Source: Octopus vulgaris (Eukaryota). Taken from it: 64,000 bases of DNA. The stretch's first letter is position 1. Each line of letters starts with the position of its first letter. The stretch is taken from contig OX597832.1 in the NCBI GenBank assembly GCA_951406725.2, forward strand, positions 23,808,001-23,872,000, read 5' to 3'. The notes beneath the pieces are model-generated. The model searched no databases. It saw only the letters and a program-made list of their open reading frames with translations, and had not been told where the DNA came from. Position numbers and translations under genes: made by a program. Below are positions 15,311 through 29,019 of this stretch, piece by piece.

Positions 15311-16180
15311 AATATACACATACATACACAAATTCCATTATTATTTGGCAAAAGTATGAATATTTATAAATCAGTGTCTGAAAGTTTACACGAATCATAT
15401 AGATATGTATCTCTATTTTTTTTTTCTTCTATTTTTTTTTCTGAGTGAACTGATATGGAATTGCTTAAATATGTAAATAGTATGTCTTAGAGCGTTTGCA
15501 TTAAATCTTCGTAAATATTCTACCAAAAAAGAACAGAAAATCCATACTTAAATTCTTTCGAAACTTCAGCCAAAATTTTATTAGTAAATTAGAAAAAAGA
15601 AAATTTTAATTTTTTTCTTTTTTTTTCAATACAATAAACCTCGTTTTTCTTACACTATTCATGTCATTTCTCTATTATGGTTTCTTTATTGTCATTAATA
15701 AAGATTTTGCCAGCTTGCCGCTAGCAGAATTCTAAGCAATCGCGGCAAAATGTTTCGTGATTTTTCGTCCGTCGCTACGTTCTGTGTTCAAATTCCACAG
15801 AGGACAACTTTCCCTTTCATCATTTCGGTGCCGATGAAATAAGTACCTGTAAAACACTAGGTTCGATGTAATCGACTGATCCCCGCCCATAAAAAATGTC
15901 AGGCCTTTGCCTTTGGTAGAAATGATTATTTTCTATTTCTTTATTGCCCACAAGGGGCTAAACACAGAGGGGACAAACAAGGACAGACAAACAGATTAAG
16001 TCGATTACATCGACCCCAGTGCGTAACTGGTACTTAATTTATCGACCCCGAAAGGATGAAAGGCAAAGTTGACCTCGGCGGAATTTGAACTCAGAACGTA
16101 ACGGCAGACGAAATAAGGTTACGCATTTCACCCGGCGTGCTAACGTCTCTGCCAGCTCGCCGCCTTGATTATTATTATTA

Positions 16181-17024
16181 CTAGCAGTATAACCCGGGCG
16201 TTGAGATTCCGGTTCGAATGTAAGGCAGGTTTGAAAGTGTTCCCAACAGTTATTAGTTGTAGTGGTAGAGTGTTTATGTCGAATAAGTACGTATGCATGT
16301 ATATATATGTATGTATGCCTGTATATATGTACAAAATCCACTGAAAAGGCTTTTGTTGGTCTGAGGCTACAACAGAAGACACAAGCCAAGTCACCACACA
16401 GTGGGACTGAACCCAGGACTATGTGTTTGGAACGTAGTTTGTTACCACACAGCCACACCTGCCCCTATGTATGTGTGTGTGTGCGTATGTGTGTATGGGT
16501 AGATATATTATGCACGTATATATGTGTATATATATGTGTACATATTACATGTACATCTATATATATATATACATCTACACATAAAATACAAAATACAAAG
16601 TTATATCTTGATGTCGCTAGTGATAACAATACTCAAAATATATAACAGACTGGAATTGTAGGCCCGTCTCTTGCAATTTCGAAGGGCTGCAGCGAAATTC
16701 ATATTTGGATTTTTTTCTATCGAAGGCATTTTAACAAAAATGCTTCCGTAAAGACGGTGAAAATATTGTCAATCTCCCCAAACAGGGACACAATTCAATT
16801 TTTAAACAATAACCAAAGACCCTTCTCTGAAAGGAGGAGGGTTACGGTTTACAATTATTTAACAAATGCAACACAACAACGTTTCCATGACGAGGAACCA
16901 ACAAACGTGATTACAATAGTCAAACAGTAATAATAATAACAACAAACCTTTTTAATTTATCCCCATTTATGTGAAACCACTTATTCAAGTTCAAGTCATT
17001 GATGCAATTTTATACGAATTGATA

Positions 17025-17079
<55 letters not shown>

Positions 17080-17484
17080 ATAAGGGTGAAAAATTGAATA
17101 TTAATTTGATTAATATGAATTGAAAACCAGTGGTGTAGCATATAAGACCATAGCGGATCTTCTTCTAGCAAAATGGATGACCATTGTTAATGGTTCATCC
17201 CTGTTATATAATACTTTCACTTTAATAGTGAAAGTGTCTGCATTACAAAAGAAAGATGTTTTTGTTTCACTTTTAACACGTAATACTGAAATAGTGGAGA
17301 AGATATGATATTGCTGTGGGGTCGCCCAAGGGAAAAAGTTAAGATTTTTTGCCGATTTCACTCCCCGGACTTTAAGTAAGGCATGTGTAAAATTTGAATG
17401 AAATTGGTTGTGTAGTTCTCAAGTTTTAGGGAAACACACAGACAGACAGACAGACACACATTCTCAGTTTTATATATATAGAGA
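16181..17484 (-). mobile_element. Helitron-like termini enclosing mixed repeats
   Basis: CTAGCAGTAT..CCCGGGCGTTG end at 16181 and a (CAGA)n..TTTATATATATAGAGA|T end at 17484, both similar to 19406-19800. Whether the two ends belong to one element is uncertain. Confidence 0.5.
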
Positions 17485-17603
17485 TTATTGCCAGAGTAGG
17501 AGGTGTGTTTTTGGAGTACTGTAAGTTTATTTTTAATTCACTTTCTTTAAAAGATTCTATGCTGTATTTCATTGGTTGAAGAAGCCCGTCGTATATATGT
17601 ATG

Positions 17604-17644
<41 letters not shown>

Positions 17645-17871
17645 TTGTGTGTATGTTTGCCCCCCACCCAACATCGCTTGACAACCGATGCTGGTGTGTT
17701 TACGTCCCCGTAACTTAGCGGTTCGGCAAAAGAGACCGATAGAATAAGTACTAGGCTTACAAAGAATAAGTCCAGGGGTCGATGTGCTCGACTAAAGGCG
17801 CTGCTCCAGCACGGCCACAACCAAATGACTGAAACAAGTAAAAGAGTAAAAGAGTAATAATAATAATAATA

Positions 17872-17946
<75 letters not shown>

Positions 17947-18115
17947 CAACGGTGGACATCGTAATTTCTTATCCTACTTTGCGGCTCGATAATTGTATAG
18001 ATTGTGCCTAATTAAGAAATAATTAGCAATCAATTGGCTTCACTCTTCACATCAGTGCAAATAGTAATTGCTTTGCTATTTACTCTTGATCAAACGTATA
18101 TATGTGTACATACAT

Positions 18116-18182
<67 letters not shown>

Positions 18183-18216
18183 TATATTATATATATATAT
18201 ATATAGAAATTATAAC

Positions 18217-18327
18217 AAAAGCAGCAGAAATTTAACAAAGCGTCGGAGTTTCACGTTCCCGTTCCGGACGTCGAACGGGAACGTGAAACTCCGAGTAAGA
18301 GCTTTTGTTAGAATTTCTGCTGCTTTT
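18217..18327. repeat. ~110-bp palindrome
   Basis: AAAAGCAGCAGAAATT..TCGGAGTTTCACGTTCCCGTTC / GAACGGGAACGTGAAACTCCGA..AATTTCTGCTGCTTTT. The following AATAAA-containing tail recurs inverted at about 53170-53222. Confidence 0.88.
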
Positions 18328-18416
18328 AAATAAAGCATATTACTCTACCTCTGGTATTTGAGTACTCTTTTTTCCACCTTGTTTCACATTTATGTGTTTA
18401 CTCCGGTATATACATA

Positions 18417-18471
<55 letters not shown>

Positions 18472-18771
18472 AGGCGCAATGGCCCAGTGGTTAGGGCAGT
18501 CGTCTCGCGGTTGTAGGATCGCGGTTTCAATTCCCAGACCGGGCGTTGTGAGTGTTTATTGAGCAAAAGCACCTAAAGCTCCACGAGGCTCCGGCAGGGG
18601 GTGGGGGAGTGGCGATCCCTGCTGTACTCTTTCGCCACAACTTTCTCTCACTCTTTCTTCTCTTGTCCTGCTCGCTTAGCCACCGAGGTGGCGTCATTCG
18701 AAGGCTAAAACAATGTGGAGCGCATTGTGACAAGCGATGTGTAACAACATCTGATAGCCTGGTCGGTCACG

Positions 18772-18821
<50 letters not shown>

Positions 18822-18831
18822 CGCACGCACA

Positions 18832-18891
<60 letters not shown>

Positions 18892-19405
18892 ACGCTTCAC
18901 GAATTTGCGTATCATCCTGGCGCAGGAACGATGCTTATCCACTCCGTATATTTCCAATTTTAGTAGACATACAGTTATACGACAATGTTACTTGTTCGCA
19001 TCGGTATTAACATATTTTTAAAGAATAAGTCTCATGAATAGCCTTAAACAATCTTCTGCAATTCCGTTTGTTTTTGGGGGCTTTTTTTTTCTTTCTATTT
19101 TCCTAAAAATAAAAACACCAGATGTTCGATTCTCAAAGCTGTCACACAAATATGAATATTCTATCAAGTTCCAATCAATAATCTGAATTGTCCAAAGACT
19201 GAAATAAATTCTTCATACTTAATAACATAACAACATCATATTCAACTTATTTGAAAAATCCTGTGGTGCGTGGCCTTGTGGTTGGGGCAGTAGTTCTCAA
19301 CCATTTTGTCTTAGGATCTTTTTGATTCGTGTTTTTCTCTGCTGGATCTCCATAGCTATTCGATGTGCATAAAAATACACATCCTACTTCGATTTTATAA
19401 CTAAA

Positions 19406-19800
19406 CTAGCAGTATCGCCCGGCGTTGCTCGGGATTATTTCGATCCTTTAGAATTGGAATTTTTGAAAAGTAAAAATTTTGCATTGTGTAGCTTGTTATT
19501 CTCTTTAAGTGAACATTTTTCTGGTTGAAATACACCGAAAAATGGCGATACAGCATTTTTTAAAAATCGTTAAAAATAGGGATTTTCATAGAAAAAAAAG
19601 CACCTTTTTGATATAAATAATTTTTGGTGTTAACATGGTCCGATTTGAATTTTTTCTTCTACGGAAGGAAGAGCAAGCCTTCTTCTATCATACTCTCAAT
19701 TTTGGTCAACTTGCGCCGCAGGGTCTCGGAGGAGATAGTGTTAGTTGAAAGCTACCAAACCTGCCATACACAGACAACTTCAGCTTTATATAGAGAGAGA
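19406..19800 (-). mobile_element. Non-autonomous Helitron-like element
   Basis: Minus strand begins A|TC and ends with the hairpin CCCGAGCAACGCCGGG then CTAG|T. No TSD. Nested in a CAGT..ACTG-bounded hAT-like MITE (about 19288-19972). Confidence 0.7.
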
Positions 19801-20869
19801 TATTAGGAATTGTTTAAGAGAATTTAAATAATTTGTGTATTGTGGAAGTGTAAGTCATTTATTACTCATAAATTTTAACGACAAAATCTTATACGGACCC
19901 CCAAGGACCAAATGGACACTCAAGGACGATATGGACTCCCAAAGACCATATGGGCCCGCATGTGAGCCACTGGATAAAAGCTTCGAAATCTGCCTCACAA
20001 TATATATTCTAGTTCTATAATCTGAGTTCGAATCGTGCAGAGTCTTTTATTCTTTTGTTCTTTTACTTGTTTCAGTCATTTTACTGTGGCCATACTGGAG
20101 CACCGCCTTTAGTCGACCTACTCGACACCGGGACTTATTCTTTGTAAACCTAGCACTTATTTTATCGGTGTCTTTTGCCCAACACAGAGAGGACAAACAA
20201 GGACAGACAAACGGATTAAGTCGATTATATCGACCCCAGTGCGTAACTGGTACTTATTTAATCGACCCCGAAAGGATGAAAGGCAAAGTCGACCTCAGCG
20301 GAATTTGAACTCAAAGCATTTCGCCCGGCGTGCTAACGTTTCTGCCAACTCCCCGCCTTAAGGGACGCTCATAATTCAAGAGATCCGTGAGGGTGTTGTG
20401 AAGGCGTGTGGCCTAGCGGTTAGATTGTTGTATCCACGGTCGCAAGATCGTGGTTTCGATTCCCGTACAGGGCGGTGCGTTGTGTTCTTGGACATAACAC
20501 TTCATTTCATTTCGCTGCATTCCGCTCAGCTGTAAAATGGTGTCCCGTTCCCGTTCAGGGCTAAATATTGTGATGTCGGTCACTTATATGCCATGGAAGC
20601 TAGGAAATCGGTTCTTTGAGTCTTGGACCCGAGACAGTCCTTATTTACTGGCGCTCGCTCAACTTACAAGAAATAGCAGCCGGATCTCCTGAAATGATCA
20701 CAGACATAGTTATGTAGTCAGAAGGTTATTTCACTATCACATCATTCCGGGTTCGATCTTGTTGCGTGGAAGCTTGGAAAAGCGTCTTCCACTATAGCCA
20801 CGAACTGACCAAAGTCTTAGAAGCGAAATTTCATTGTTGCTGATATTGCTGCTGCTGCTACTGCTGCTA

Positions 20870-21250
20870 CTGATGTTGATGTTGATGTTGAGCGAAGCGG
20901 TCTTCTGTAGTGAGAGAAGTCCGCAACATGGTCCTTTTGCTATTCGTAAGACCCGCAGAAGAGAAAGCAGGTCAACCCCCCGACACCGAGAGCATCGACA
21001 GATGGATGAAAGCGCATCCAGGCTCAGCGGTTGCGTAGGAAGTCGGGGACAAGAAACAGGAAGAAAGAGTGAGAGAAAGTTGGAGCGAAAGAGTACAGCA
21101 GGGGTCGCCACCACATCCCCTGCCGGAGCCTCGTGGAGCTTTAGGGCGTTTTCGCTCAATAAACACACACAACGCCCGGTCTGGGAATCGAAACCGCGAT
21201 CCTCTGACCGCGAGTCCGCTGCCCTAACCATTGGGCCATTGCGCCTCCAC
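20870..21250 (-). mobile_element. tRNA-derived SINE family C (GGAGGCGCAATGGCCCAGTGGTTAGG head), representative copy
   Basis: Clear A box (TGGCCCA.TGG) and B box (GGTTTCGATTCC). Related heads at about 18469-18775(+), 29855-30122(-), 31530-31833(-), 36660-36905(-), 1740-2035, 20400-20640 and 26826-27045. Confidence 0.82.
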
Positions 21251-21384
21251 TGCTGTTTTTGTTGTTGTTGTTTAGTCTAACTTTAATGGAGCAGACACTT
21301 AAGTTAAGTGGAAAGCTTGCGGGCCTCGAAATCCCACTTTTTAAGCAAGCGTTTTCCTGTTTAATTCCATCTGTCTCTTTATTA

Positions 21385-21754
21385 TTTTTTTCTCTCCATC
21401 CTACTTGCTGTCTCCTTTCATCTCTCCCCATCTATCGCCATCTCTCTCTCTCTCTTTCCCGTTTTTTTTTCTTTCTATCTCTTCCCATCACCATCTCACC
21501 CTTCGGTATCTCTCTTTTCCTATTTCCCTCGCCATTTCTCTTCGTATCTCTCATCCAACCTCTCACCGTCTCTTTCTCCCCATCTCTCATAATTTCTCTC
21601 TTTCTCTCTCTCTCTCTCACCCTCTTCCCTTCTCTCTCTCTCGCACACTCTTTTCCCTTCTCTCTCTCTCACTCTCTTCCCTCCTCTCTCTCGCTCACTC
21701 TCTTTCTTTCTCTCTCTCTCTCGCTCTCTTTCTTTCTCTCTCTCGCTCTCTTTC

Positions 21755-21798
<44 letters not shown>

Positions 21799-22300
21799 TT
21801 TCGCTCCATCTGTCTCTTCATCTCTCTTTTCATCTCGCTCCCCATTTTTTCTCTTTCCCCTCATCTCTTTCCTTATCTCTCTCTCTCCACATCTCTCTTT
21901 CCACTTCTCCCTCATTCTCTCTCTCTTTCCTTCTCTCTCTCTCTCTCTGCCGTTCTTTCACTTTATTTCTATCATACTTCATATCTTTCTCCGTCTCTCT
22001 CTCCCCATCTCTTATCTCTTTGTCTCTGTCTTTCTCCCACATCTCTCCCCTTATCTCCCTCTCTGCATCTCTCTTTATATCTTTCCCCTTCTTTCTCTCC
22101 CTTTCTCTCTCTCTCATCCTTTATATCCTTCTCCACCAATTCCCACCTCCTTCTTTCTCTCCCTTTCTCTCTCTCCCTTTCTCTCCTTTATTCTCTCTCT
22201 CTCTCTCATCCTTCATATCCTTCTCCTCCAATTCCCACCCTCTTCTTTCTCACCCTTTCTCCTTCCTCCTCTTTTTTCTCCTCTTTACCATTTCCTACTT
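21385..22300 (+). repeat. Polypyrimidine (CT)n-rich tract
   Basis: About 900 bp, almost entirely C/T. Confidence 0.95.
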
Positions 22301-24115
22301 TAAATAGCACAATCAAAGAAACAATGCCAATATTTTTTCCATTTTTTTCAAATTTTATTCTTTCTTCCTTTTTTTTCTCCGAATAATTCCTAATTAAACA
22401 ATTTCCAATTCGACTTCCAACAATACAAAACTATTAAAACATTCTTTCACAAAATACGTTTTTAGTTAAGGCGGCGAGTTGGCAGAGTCGTTAGCACGCC
22501 GGGCGAAATGCGTTGCCGTATTTCGTCTGCCGCAACGTTCTGAGTTCAAATTCCGCCGAGGTCGACTTTGCCTTTCATCCTTTCGGGGTCGATTAAATAA
22601 GTACCAGTTACGAACTGGGGTCGATGTATTCAACTTAATCCGTTTGTCTGTCCTTGTTTGTCCCCTCCGTGTTTAGCCCCTTGTGGGTAATAAAGAAATA
22701 GGTATTTCGTCTGCCGCTACATTCTGAGTTCAAATTCCGCCGATGTCGACTTTGCCTTTCATCCTTTCGGGGTCGATATATTAAGTACCAGTTACGCACT
22801 GGGATCTCTTCCTCCTTCTTTCCTCCTCCTCCTCCTCTTTCTCTCCCCTCACTCCTTCTCTCCTCCTCATTCTCTCTCTGCTACTCTCTCTTCCTCCTTC
22901 TTTCCTCCTCCTCTTCTTTCTCTCCCCTCACTCATTCTCTCCTCCTCATTCTCTCTCTACTCCTCTCTCTTCCTCCTTCTTTCTTCCTCCTCCTCCTCTC
23001 CTCTCACTCCTTCTCTCCTCCTCTCTCCCCCTCACTCTTTCTCTCCTTTCCTCACCGGTAAGCGATCAGTAAAGATACTAAATTCCAACATTTAAAAAAA
23101 AAAAAAAGAAAAAGAAGACTTAACAATTATCCATTCTAACAAACACAGAATCTCTTCACATGTTTAGTTCCAAAGACCTTAAGCATCTTGAAGAAATTTC
23201 ACACTTCGTAAACTGAATAAAAGAAAGAAAAACAGGTAAAAATTCCAAAAGTCTCACTCCAAAATTCCTGCAGTAAAATTGCTTATTTTACAAACATAAA
23301 AATAATTTAAACTGTCAGACATTTTCTATTCAAAATGGTATTTTTTAACACAAAATCTGAACATAGTTATTTATAGCTGTATCCGCTTCAAGTTCAACGG
23401 TTAAAAACGAAGTGTAAAAATAGTTTGTTTTTAAAATGATTTTTTTTTTCTAGCGTGTATGGAACCGCTTAAGTTAAATAATTCAGCGTGCTTTGGGGCA
23501 ACCAATTGAAGAATTCTAAAGAAATTTGGTATAAAATTGGATGAAATTTTAGCAAAAAAACATATAATTATAGAAGGTATGAGATCAACGGAATTATAGA
23601 ATTCTCACGGGAAAGACAAAATGTTTTGAAAATTATCAGATTTAAAACAGGAACCGAAACTTTCAGACTTGTTTCTTTTCAACGAACTGAACGCTCATAA
23701 GTTGGATGAAAATGGCTAGTATGTATGTATGTAGGTAGGTAGGTAGGTAGGTAGGTAGGTATGTATGTATGTATGTATGTATGTATGTATGTAGGTAGGT
23801 AGGTAGGTAGGTAGGTAGGTAGGTAGGTAGGTAGGTAGGTAGATAGATAGATAGATAAGTTTCTTTATTGGACACACAGGGCTGCAAACAGATGGGACAA
23901 GTTACAAGGTAGAGCTTTTCTTTTGGGGGATGAAAAAAACAAAAAACAAAAGAAACAAAAAAAGGGGTGGCGTAGGTTTTCGATCAAGAGGGATCGTAAA
24001 AGGGAAGAAAAGAACAAAAAAAATAATAAATAAATAAAAGAAAAAAAGAAAAAAAAGAAAAAGAAAAAAAAAGAAGAAAAGGAAAAGGAACAAAAGAAAA
24101 GAGAAATGAAAAAAG

Positions 24116-24205
<90 letters not shown>

Positions 24206-24293
24206 TAGACAGACGGACAACTAGATAGATAGAGAGAGAGAGAGGGGTTTGTGTATGTATATATGTGTGTGTGTACATATATTTACACACATA

Positions 24294-24336
<43 letters not shown>

Positions 24337-24655
24337 ACTTATATCAACTTGATGTGATAACCGGTGCATTTCTACAGAAATATCCTGTGGTGTTCAGTTG
24401 TCTCCTCTCAGGCCAATATTCATTTTGCCTTTTGGCAATTCTTTACAGAATATCGAAATATGTAGCAGACAAATGCTGAAGTCGATATAACCGTCTTCTC
24501 AATCGCCTGAAGCCATTGAAGGTTTTGCTCCAGTATGGCCGCCAGTGAATGACTAACACCAGTAAGACAAAAATAATAGAAGAAAGAAATTGTTTTCTTT
24601 CAATCTCTTTCGCTGGAGGACAGTAATTATTCCTTGCATGCGTACTTTATTTTAA

Positions 24656-24875
24656 CCCTTTAGCATTCAAACCGGCCATATCCAGCCAAAATATTTAACC
24701 TGTTTTATATTGAGACTGACCAGATCTCGCCTCTCACCTCAGCCCTACCATGTCATTCTAAAACTAAAAAATCACATCACTGAAATCTCTAAATTACAAG
24801 ATAATGCATGATTAATTCAAACCATTTTAAATAAACAAACATCACATTTGACAGAATAATCTGAACACTAAAGGG
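24656..24875. mobile_element. piggyBac-type MITE
   Basis: TTAA|CCCTTTAG ... CTAAAGGG|TTAA. Degenerate relatives at about 41095-41295, 61620-61798 and 62190-62381. Confidence 0.7.
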
Positions 24876-25566
24876 TTAAAGACCCCGGGAAATGAAAGAC
24901 CGAATCGATCTCAGAGGAATTTGAACTCGGAACATTAAGACTTAGAGAAAGCAGTGCAACACATTTTACCCAACTTTTCTGCCATTTCGTTGCCCTTCTC
25001 TGGAAAATAACAAAAGCTGCTGATTTTCTGCAGCTTCGATGGGAGATGAATCGAGTACTTGGCCGGTACTTTATTTTATCGAACCTGAGAGCATGAAAAG
25101 TGAAGGCGCGTGAACAAGCGATTAGGGTGTTGCACTCACCATCGCAAGGTCGTGAGTTCAATTCCTGGACGAAGCGATGCGTTGTGTTCGACTCCATTAG
25201 TGAAAGAATCTTTCACTCTGTTGCTCAAAAAAGTCATCTTTAGCAAATATGACATTATCATCATTGCTTTACTGGTTCCCAGTCAAGTGTTTCGTTTTGC
25301 TTTTTTTTTATGCAGATGATAGTCAGAAAGGGGCCAATTCAGGAGAATAGGGATGCTAATCAACTAATACAAAGCCATAGTCAAGTTCAGTTTTCCTGAA
25401 CGAACAGAAACCTTCGTTATACCAAGCTCATTGTGCAGAATATTCTCAACTCTCTCAGGATATGCTAAATATCATTGGCTATTTGATTTATAGTCAATCG
25501 TCTGTCATCCATCATCATATAGTGAACACGAGCAAGATTTTCCTTGGTGGTAGTAATCACCGAAAA

Positions 25567-26135
25567 GGTGGCGAGCTGGCAGAATCGTTAGCACGATGGG
25601 CGAAATGCCGTTACGTTCTGAGTTCAAATTCCGCCGAGGTCGACTTTGCCTTTCATCCTTTCGGGGTCGATAAAATAAGTACCAGTTACGCACTGGGGTC
25701 GATGTAGTCAGCTTAATCCGTTTGTCTGTCCTTGTTTGTCCCCTCTGTGTTTAGCCCCTTGTGGGTAGTAAAGAAATAGGTATTTCGTCTGCCGCTACGT
25801 TCTGAGTTCAAATTCCGCCGAGGTCGACTTTGCTTTTCATCCTTTCGGCGTCGATTAAATAAGTACCAGTTACGCACTGGGGTCGATATAATCGACTTAA
25901 TCCTTTTGCCTGTCCCTTGTTTGTCCTCTCTGTGTTTAGCCCCTTGTGGGTAGTAAAGAAATAGGTATTTCGTCTGCCGCTACGTTCTGAGTTCAAATTC
26001 CGCCGAGGTCGACTTTGCCTTTTATCCTTTCGGGGTCGATTAAATATGTACCAGTTACGCACTGGGGTCGATGTAATCGTCTTTTCCCCTCCCCCCATAA
26101 TTTTAGGCTTTTTGCTTCCTGTAGAAAAGATTATT
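25567..26135 (+). mobile_element. Family A SINE with three tandem body units (185-bp period)
   Basis: One head followed by repeated bodies joined at AAAGAAATAG|GTATTTCGTC (junctions near 25779 and 25964). Confidence 0.85.
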
Positions 26136-27930
26136 AGCAAAAATTTTAAGGCGGCAAGCTGGCAGAATCTTTAGCACACCGGACAAAATGCTTAGCAGCA
26201 TTTCGTCCGTCTTTACATTCTGAGTTTCAATTCCACCAAGGTCGACTTTACCTTATTGGGTCGATAAAATAAGTATCAGTTGAACGCTGGCATCGATGTA
26301 ATCGACTATCGCCCTTCCCGCCAAATTTTCTGGTTTTGTGCCAAAATTTGTAACCATTATTAATAACTATTTTAGAGAAAGTTGAATACATAATAATGAC
26401 TGTGCTTGAATGGAGGAAGCACAAGATCAAGACAGCTCCGAGAAACAGAGGCCATTATAGCAACGAGGGGGGAAAGGCAGAGATAAGAAACAGCGCACCT
26501 GTACGCCAGAGATTGAAGGTTGTCTCTGAATGCTCTCCAAGATGTCTGTGTACACAACAGCAGCACCGTCCGAGATGTAAAAGCAATAATACTCCGTTGT
26601 GGACCCTATATACAGAATCAGAAATTGCTGTGGAGAAAAGGAAAAATATTTCCCAACCGTGAAGCGAAGGGCTAATACTTTTGAATGCGACCCTAGTTAT
26701 GTTAAAGATGTGCTTTTACCGAGAAAGATCTTTGGTGATAGTAAGACCTCCGAAAGAAATTTTGCAAAGAGGAACAGAACTGTTGAGGGCCTCTCGAAAT
26801 TCAAAAAGTCCTATGAGAGTGTTGTGAAGGTGCGTGGCCTAGTGGTTACGTTGTTGTGCCCACGATCTCATAATCGTAGTTTCGATTCCTGGACCGAGGG
26901 GTGCGTTGTACACTTCACTTCACCTTGCTCCACTCCAGTCACCTGTAAATGACTCACTCTGCGACAAACTGGCGGGCGTCCCATTCGGTGTGGTTATTGT
27001 TATCTCGGTCAATTATACGCCATAGAAAGCAGGAGACCGGCCATATCAATCCAATGTAGTTATCATGCAATACCTGTGCAAAAAGATTTTCTTTAAAGTG
27101 AGGAAAGGTTGTGCACTGAGTCAATCCCACTCACTTAGCAACAGCAGTCATAATCCGAAAAGAAGAACAAATCAACATCATCGGTAACCACTGAGCCGCA
27201 GGTTTTATGTCGGACTTATCCCAGTTACCTGAGTTACCTTCTCCTAGAAGGATGCCCCAACAAAGGCTAAGAGTCCTTCACTCCCAATGGTTTAACCGCG
27301 CGATCGGGTATTCAGTCCGATTATTTATATGTCTCCGCGCATGATACAGCCTTAAGCCTTAAGAAAAAAAAAAAAAAACACATTTATTGGATGGCCATTG
27401 ACTCTCAAGGGTTCCTCCGCCCTTTGACGGGTTTTGTTTTTCATCCCGCAGGGTGTCCAATAAACACCCTCCTCACCAAGCAAGCTTGGTGGGGTTACCG
27501 GTTTAGTCACCGATGACCCGACCATGCAACAGGTTGTTCTGGGTTACATGTTACCAGTAGCACTCGAAAGTGACCTGACATAATACATATATTTATACAC
27601 ATATATATATATGCATATACATATATATTTATGTGTGTGTATATATATATATATGGATATATATACACAAACACACACATATATATACATAAATGGCGGT
27701 GCCCCAGCATGGCCACAGCTCATTAGCTGAAACTAGAAAAATCAAAATCATCATATATATATATACATATACACACACATACATACATACAGACATACAC
27801 ACACACACACATCGTTCTTTAGAAATAAAGAGAAAAAGAAGCAAGACTAGAGAGTTACCTCCCTTGAAGTATATCCGTTTCTTTTTATTTACATTGTTTC
27901 CTCGAAGAAATATAACACAATAATAGAAAA

Positions 27931-28006
27931 ATGCCGATCGATTATATAGGAACCGCTTATTCAGCCACCTTGATTTTAGGGGGCATCATGGGCTATGTTA
28001 AGACCG
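27931..28006 (+). CDS. TMEM14C: TMEM14-family (TMEM14C-like) membrane protein, coding exon 1
   Basis: aaaaATG at 27931 reads MPIDYIGTAYSATLILGGIMGYVKT(G) and ends at a GTAAGT donor. This matches the TMEM14 N-terminal motif (Y..L...GG.IGYVK.G). Confidence 0.9.
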
Positions 28007-29019
28007 GTAAGTTTCTGTGGGGGCTTTATATATTACTTATTCTCCACCCATTTCCCTGCTTTTAGAAATAACACTTCAAGGGGCAAGGTGCCCCAAAACT
28101 TGACATCGAATTATAATTATGCCTTGTTTTATCTCAACCCCTTTTATCTGTTGAGATGTTTTAAGGCTGTTAAAGGAACATTTTGGTTCGTGTGTAGCCG
28201 GTACTTGTTGTATATAGATTTAATTTAACGCACGTGATGTTGTATGTGGCTTTCTTGTTTTTAATTAGGTCCTTTATCAGTGACCTAAAAATGCAATTAA
28301 AATGTTTACAATTAAGAATCAAAGCAGCAGCTTTAACGAATTTTTCCTTTATTCTACTAGAATCGCTAGAAATTAGGAAAAAAAATATATTGCTTCTTTA
28401 CAGAAACAAATATATGTTTCGTCTAGAAGAATAAATATAATTGTAAAGGCAATTATAAATATGTATTGTACAAGATTAAAAGTGTGTCACAGAACGAATA
28501 TACTGACAAGGTACCTGTTAGCGGCAAAAAATTATCGGAAATACATTTTTTCCTAATGCAACAAAATCAGTTATGTTTATAACGATTTTTCCGTATGTAG
28601 AATGAAAATAGATTTATCTCGTAATTGCAAAAGGCCAGATAGTATGTGTGACATTATGTCCTTGGTGTAAGGGGACTTTGCCTTTCTCTGGAATGCCGAT
28701 GTGGTGCTTGTTTTTTAATTTTTTCCTGTTACAAGTCATATCCATAAATTGTACTGGTCTAGAAACTACTAGTCATTCCATCGGCAAAAGCAAATGAATA
28801 TTTCTAAACCATTCTATATTATATTCCTCAACTCTCGGTCAAACTTATTACGAAAGCCGAGGAATTATAGCGAGAAAGCACATGGTTCCATTTCAAAATT
28901 TCTCTGATTCTATTATCTACGGCAATATTGCCGGCTTCCACTTCTGCCTCCACTAACGGAGTTTCAAGTGAACTGTTTCGTTTATTAGTTATGTTTTATT
29001 ACTATATACATAGTAATAA

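Noticed and set aside
18469-18545. tRNA-like sequences with A/B boxes
   Set aside because: They continue into shared SINE bodies and tails, and I cannot build a proper acceptor stem. They are SINE heads, not tRNA genes.
21259-22386. 375-aa Leu/Ser-rich ORF resembling a membrane protein
   Set aside because: It is a polypyrimidine low-complexity tract.
25567-26135. Regularly spaced repeats as a CRISPR-like array, or a hammerhead inside the tandem SINE unit
   Set aside because: There are no unique spacers and the context is eukaryotic. I found no CUGANGA/GAAA fold on either strand of the unit.
27220-27580. GC-richer segment resembling an RTE-type LINE 5' region, with a possible HDV-like ribozyme
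   Set aside because: I could not build the nested double pseudoknot by eye. It needs an RNArobo/Infernal search.
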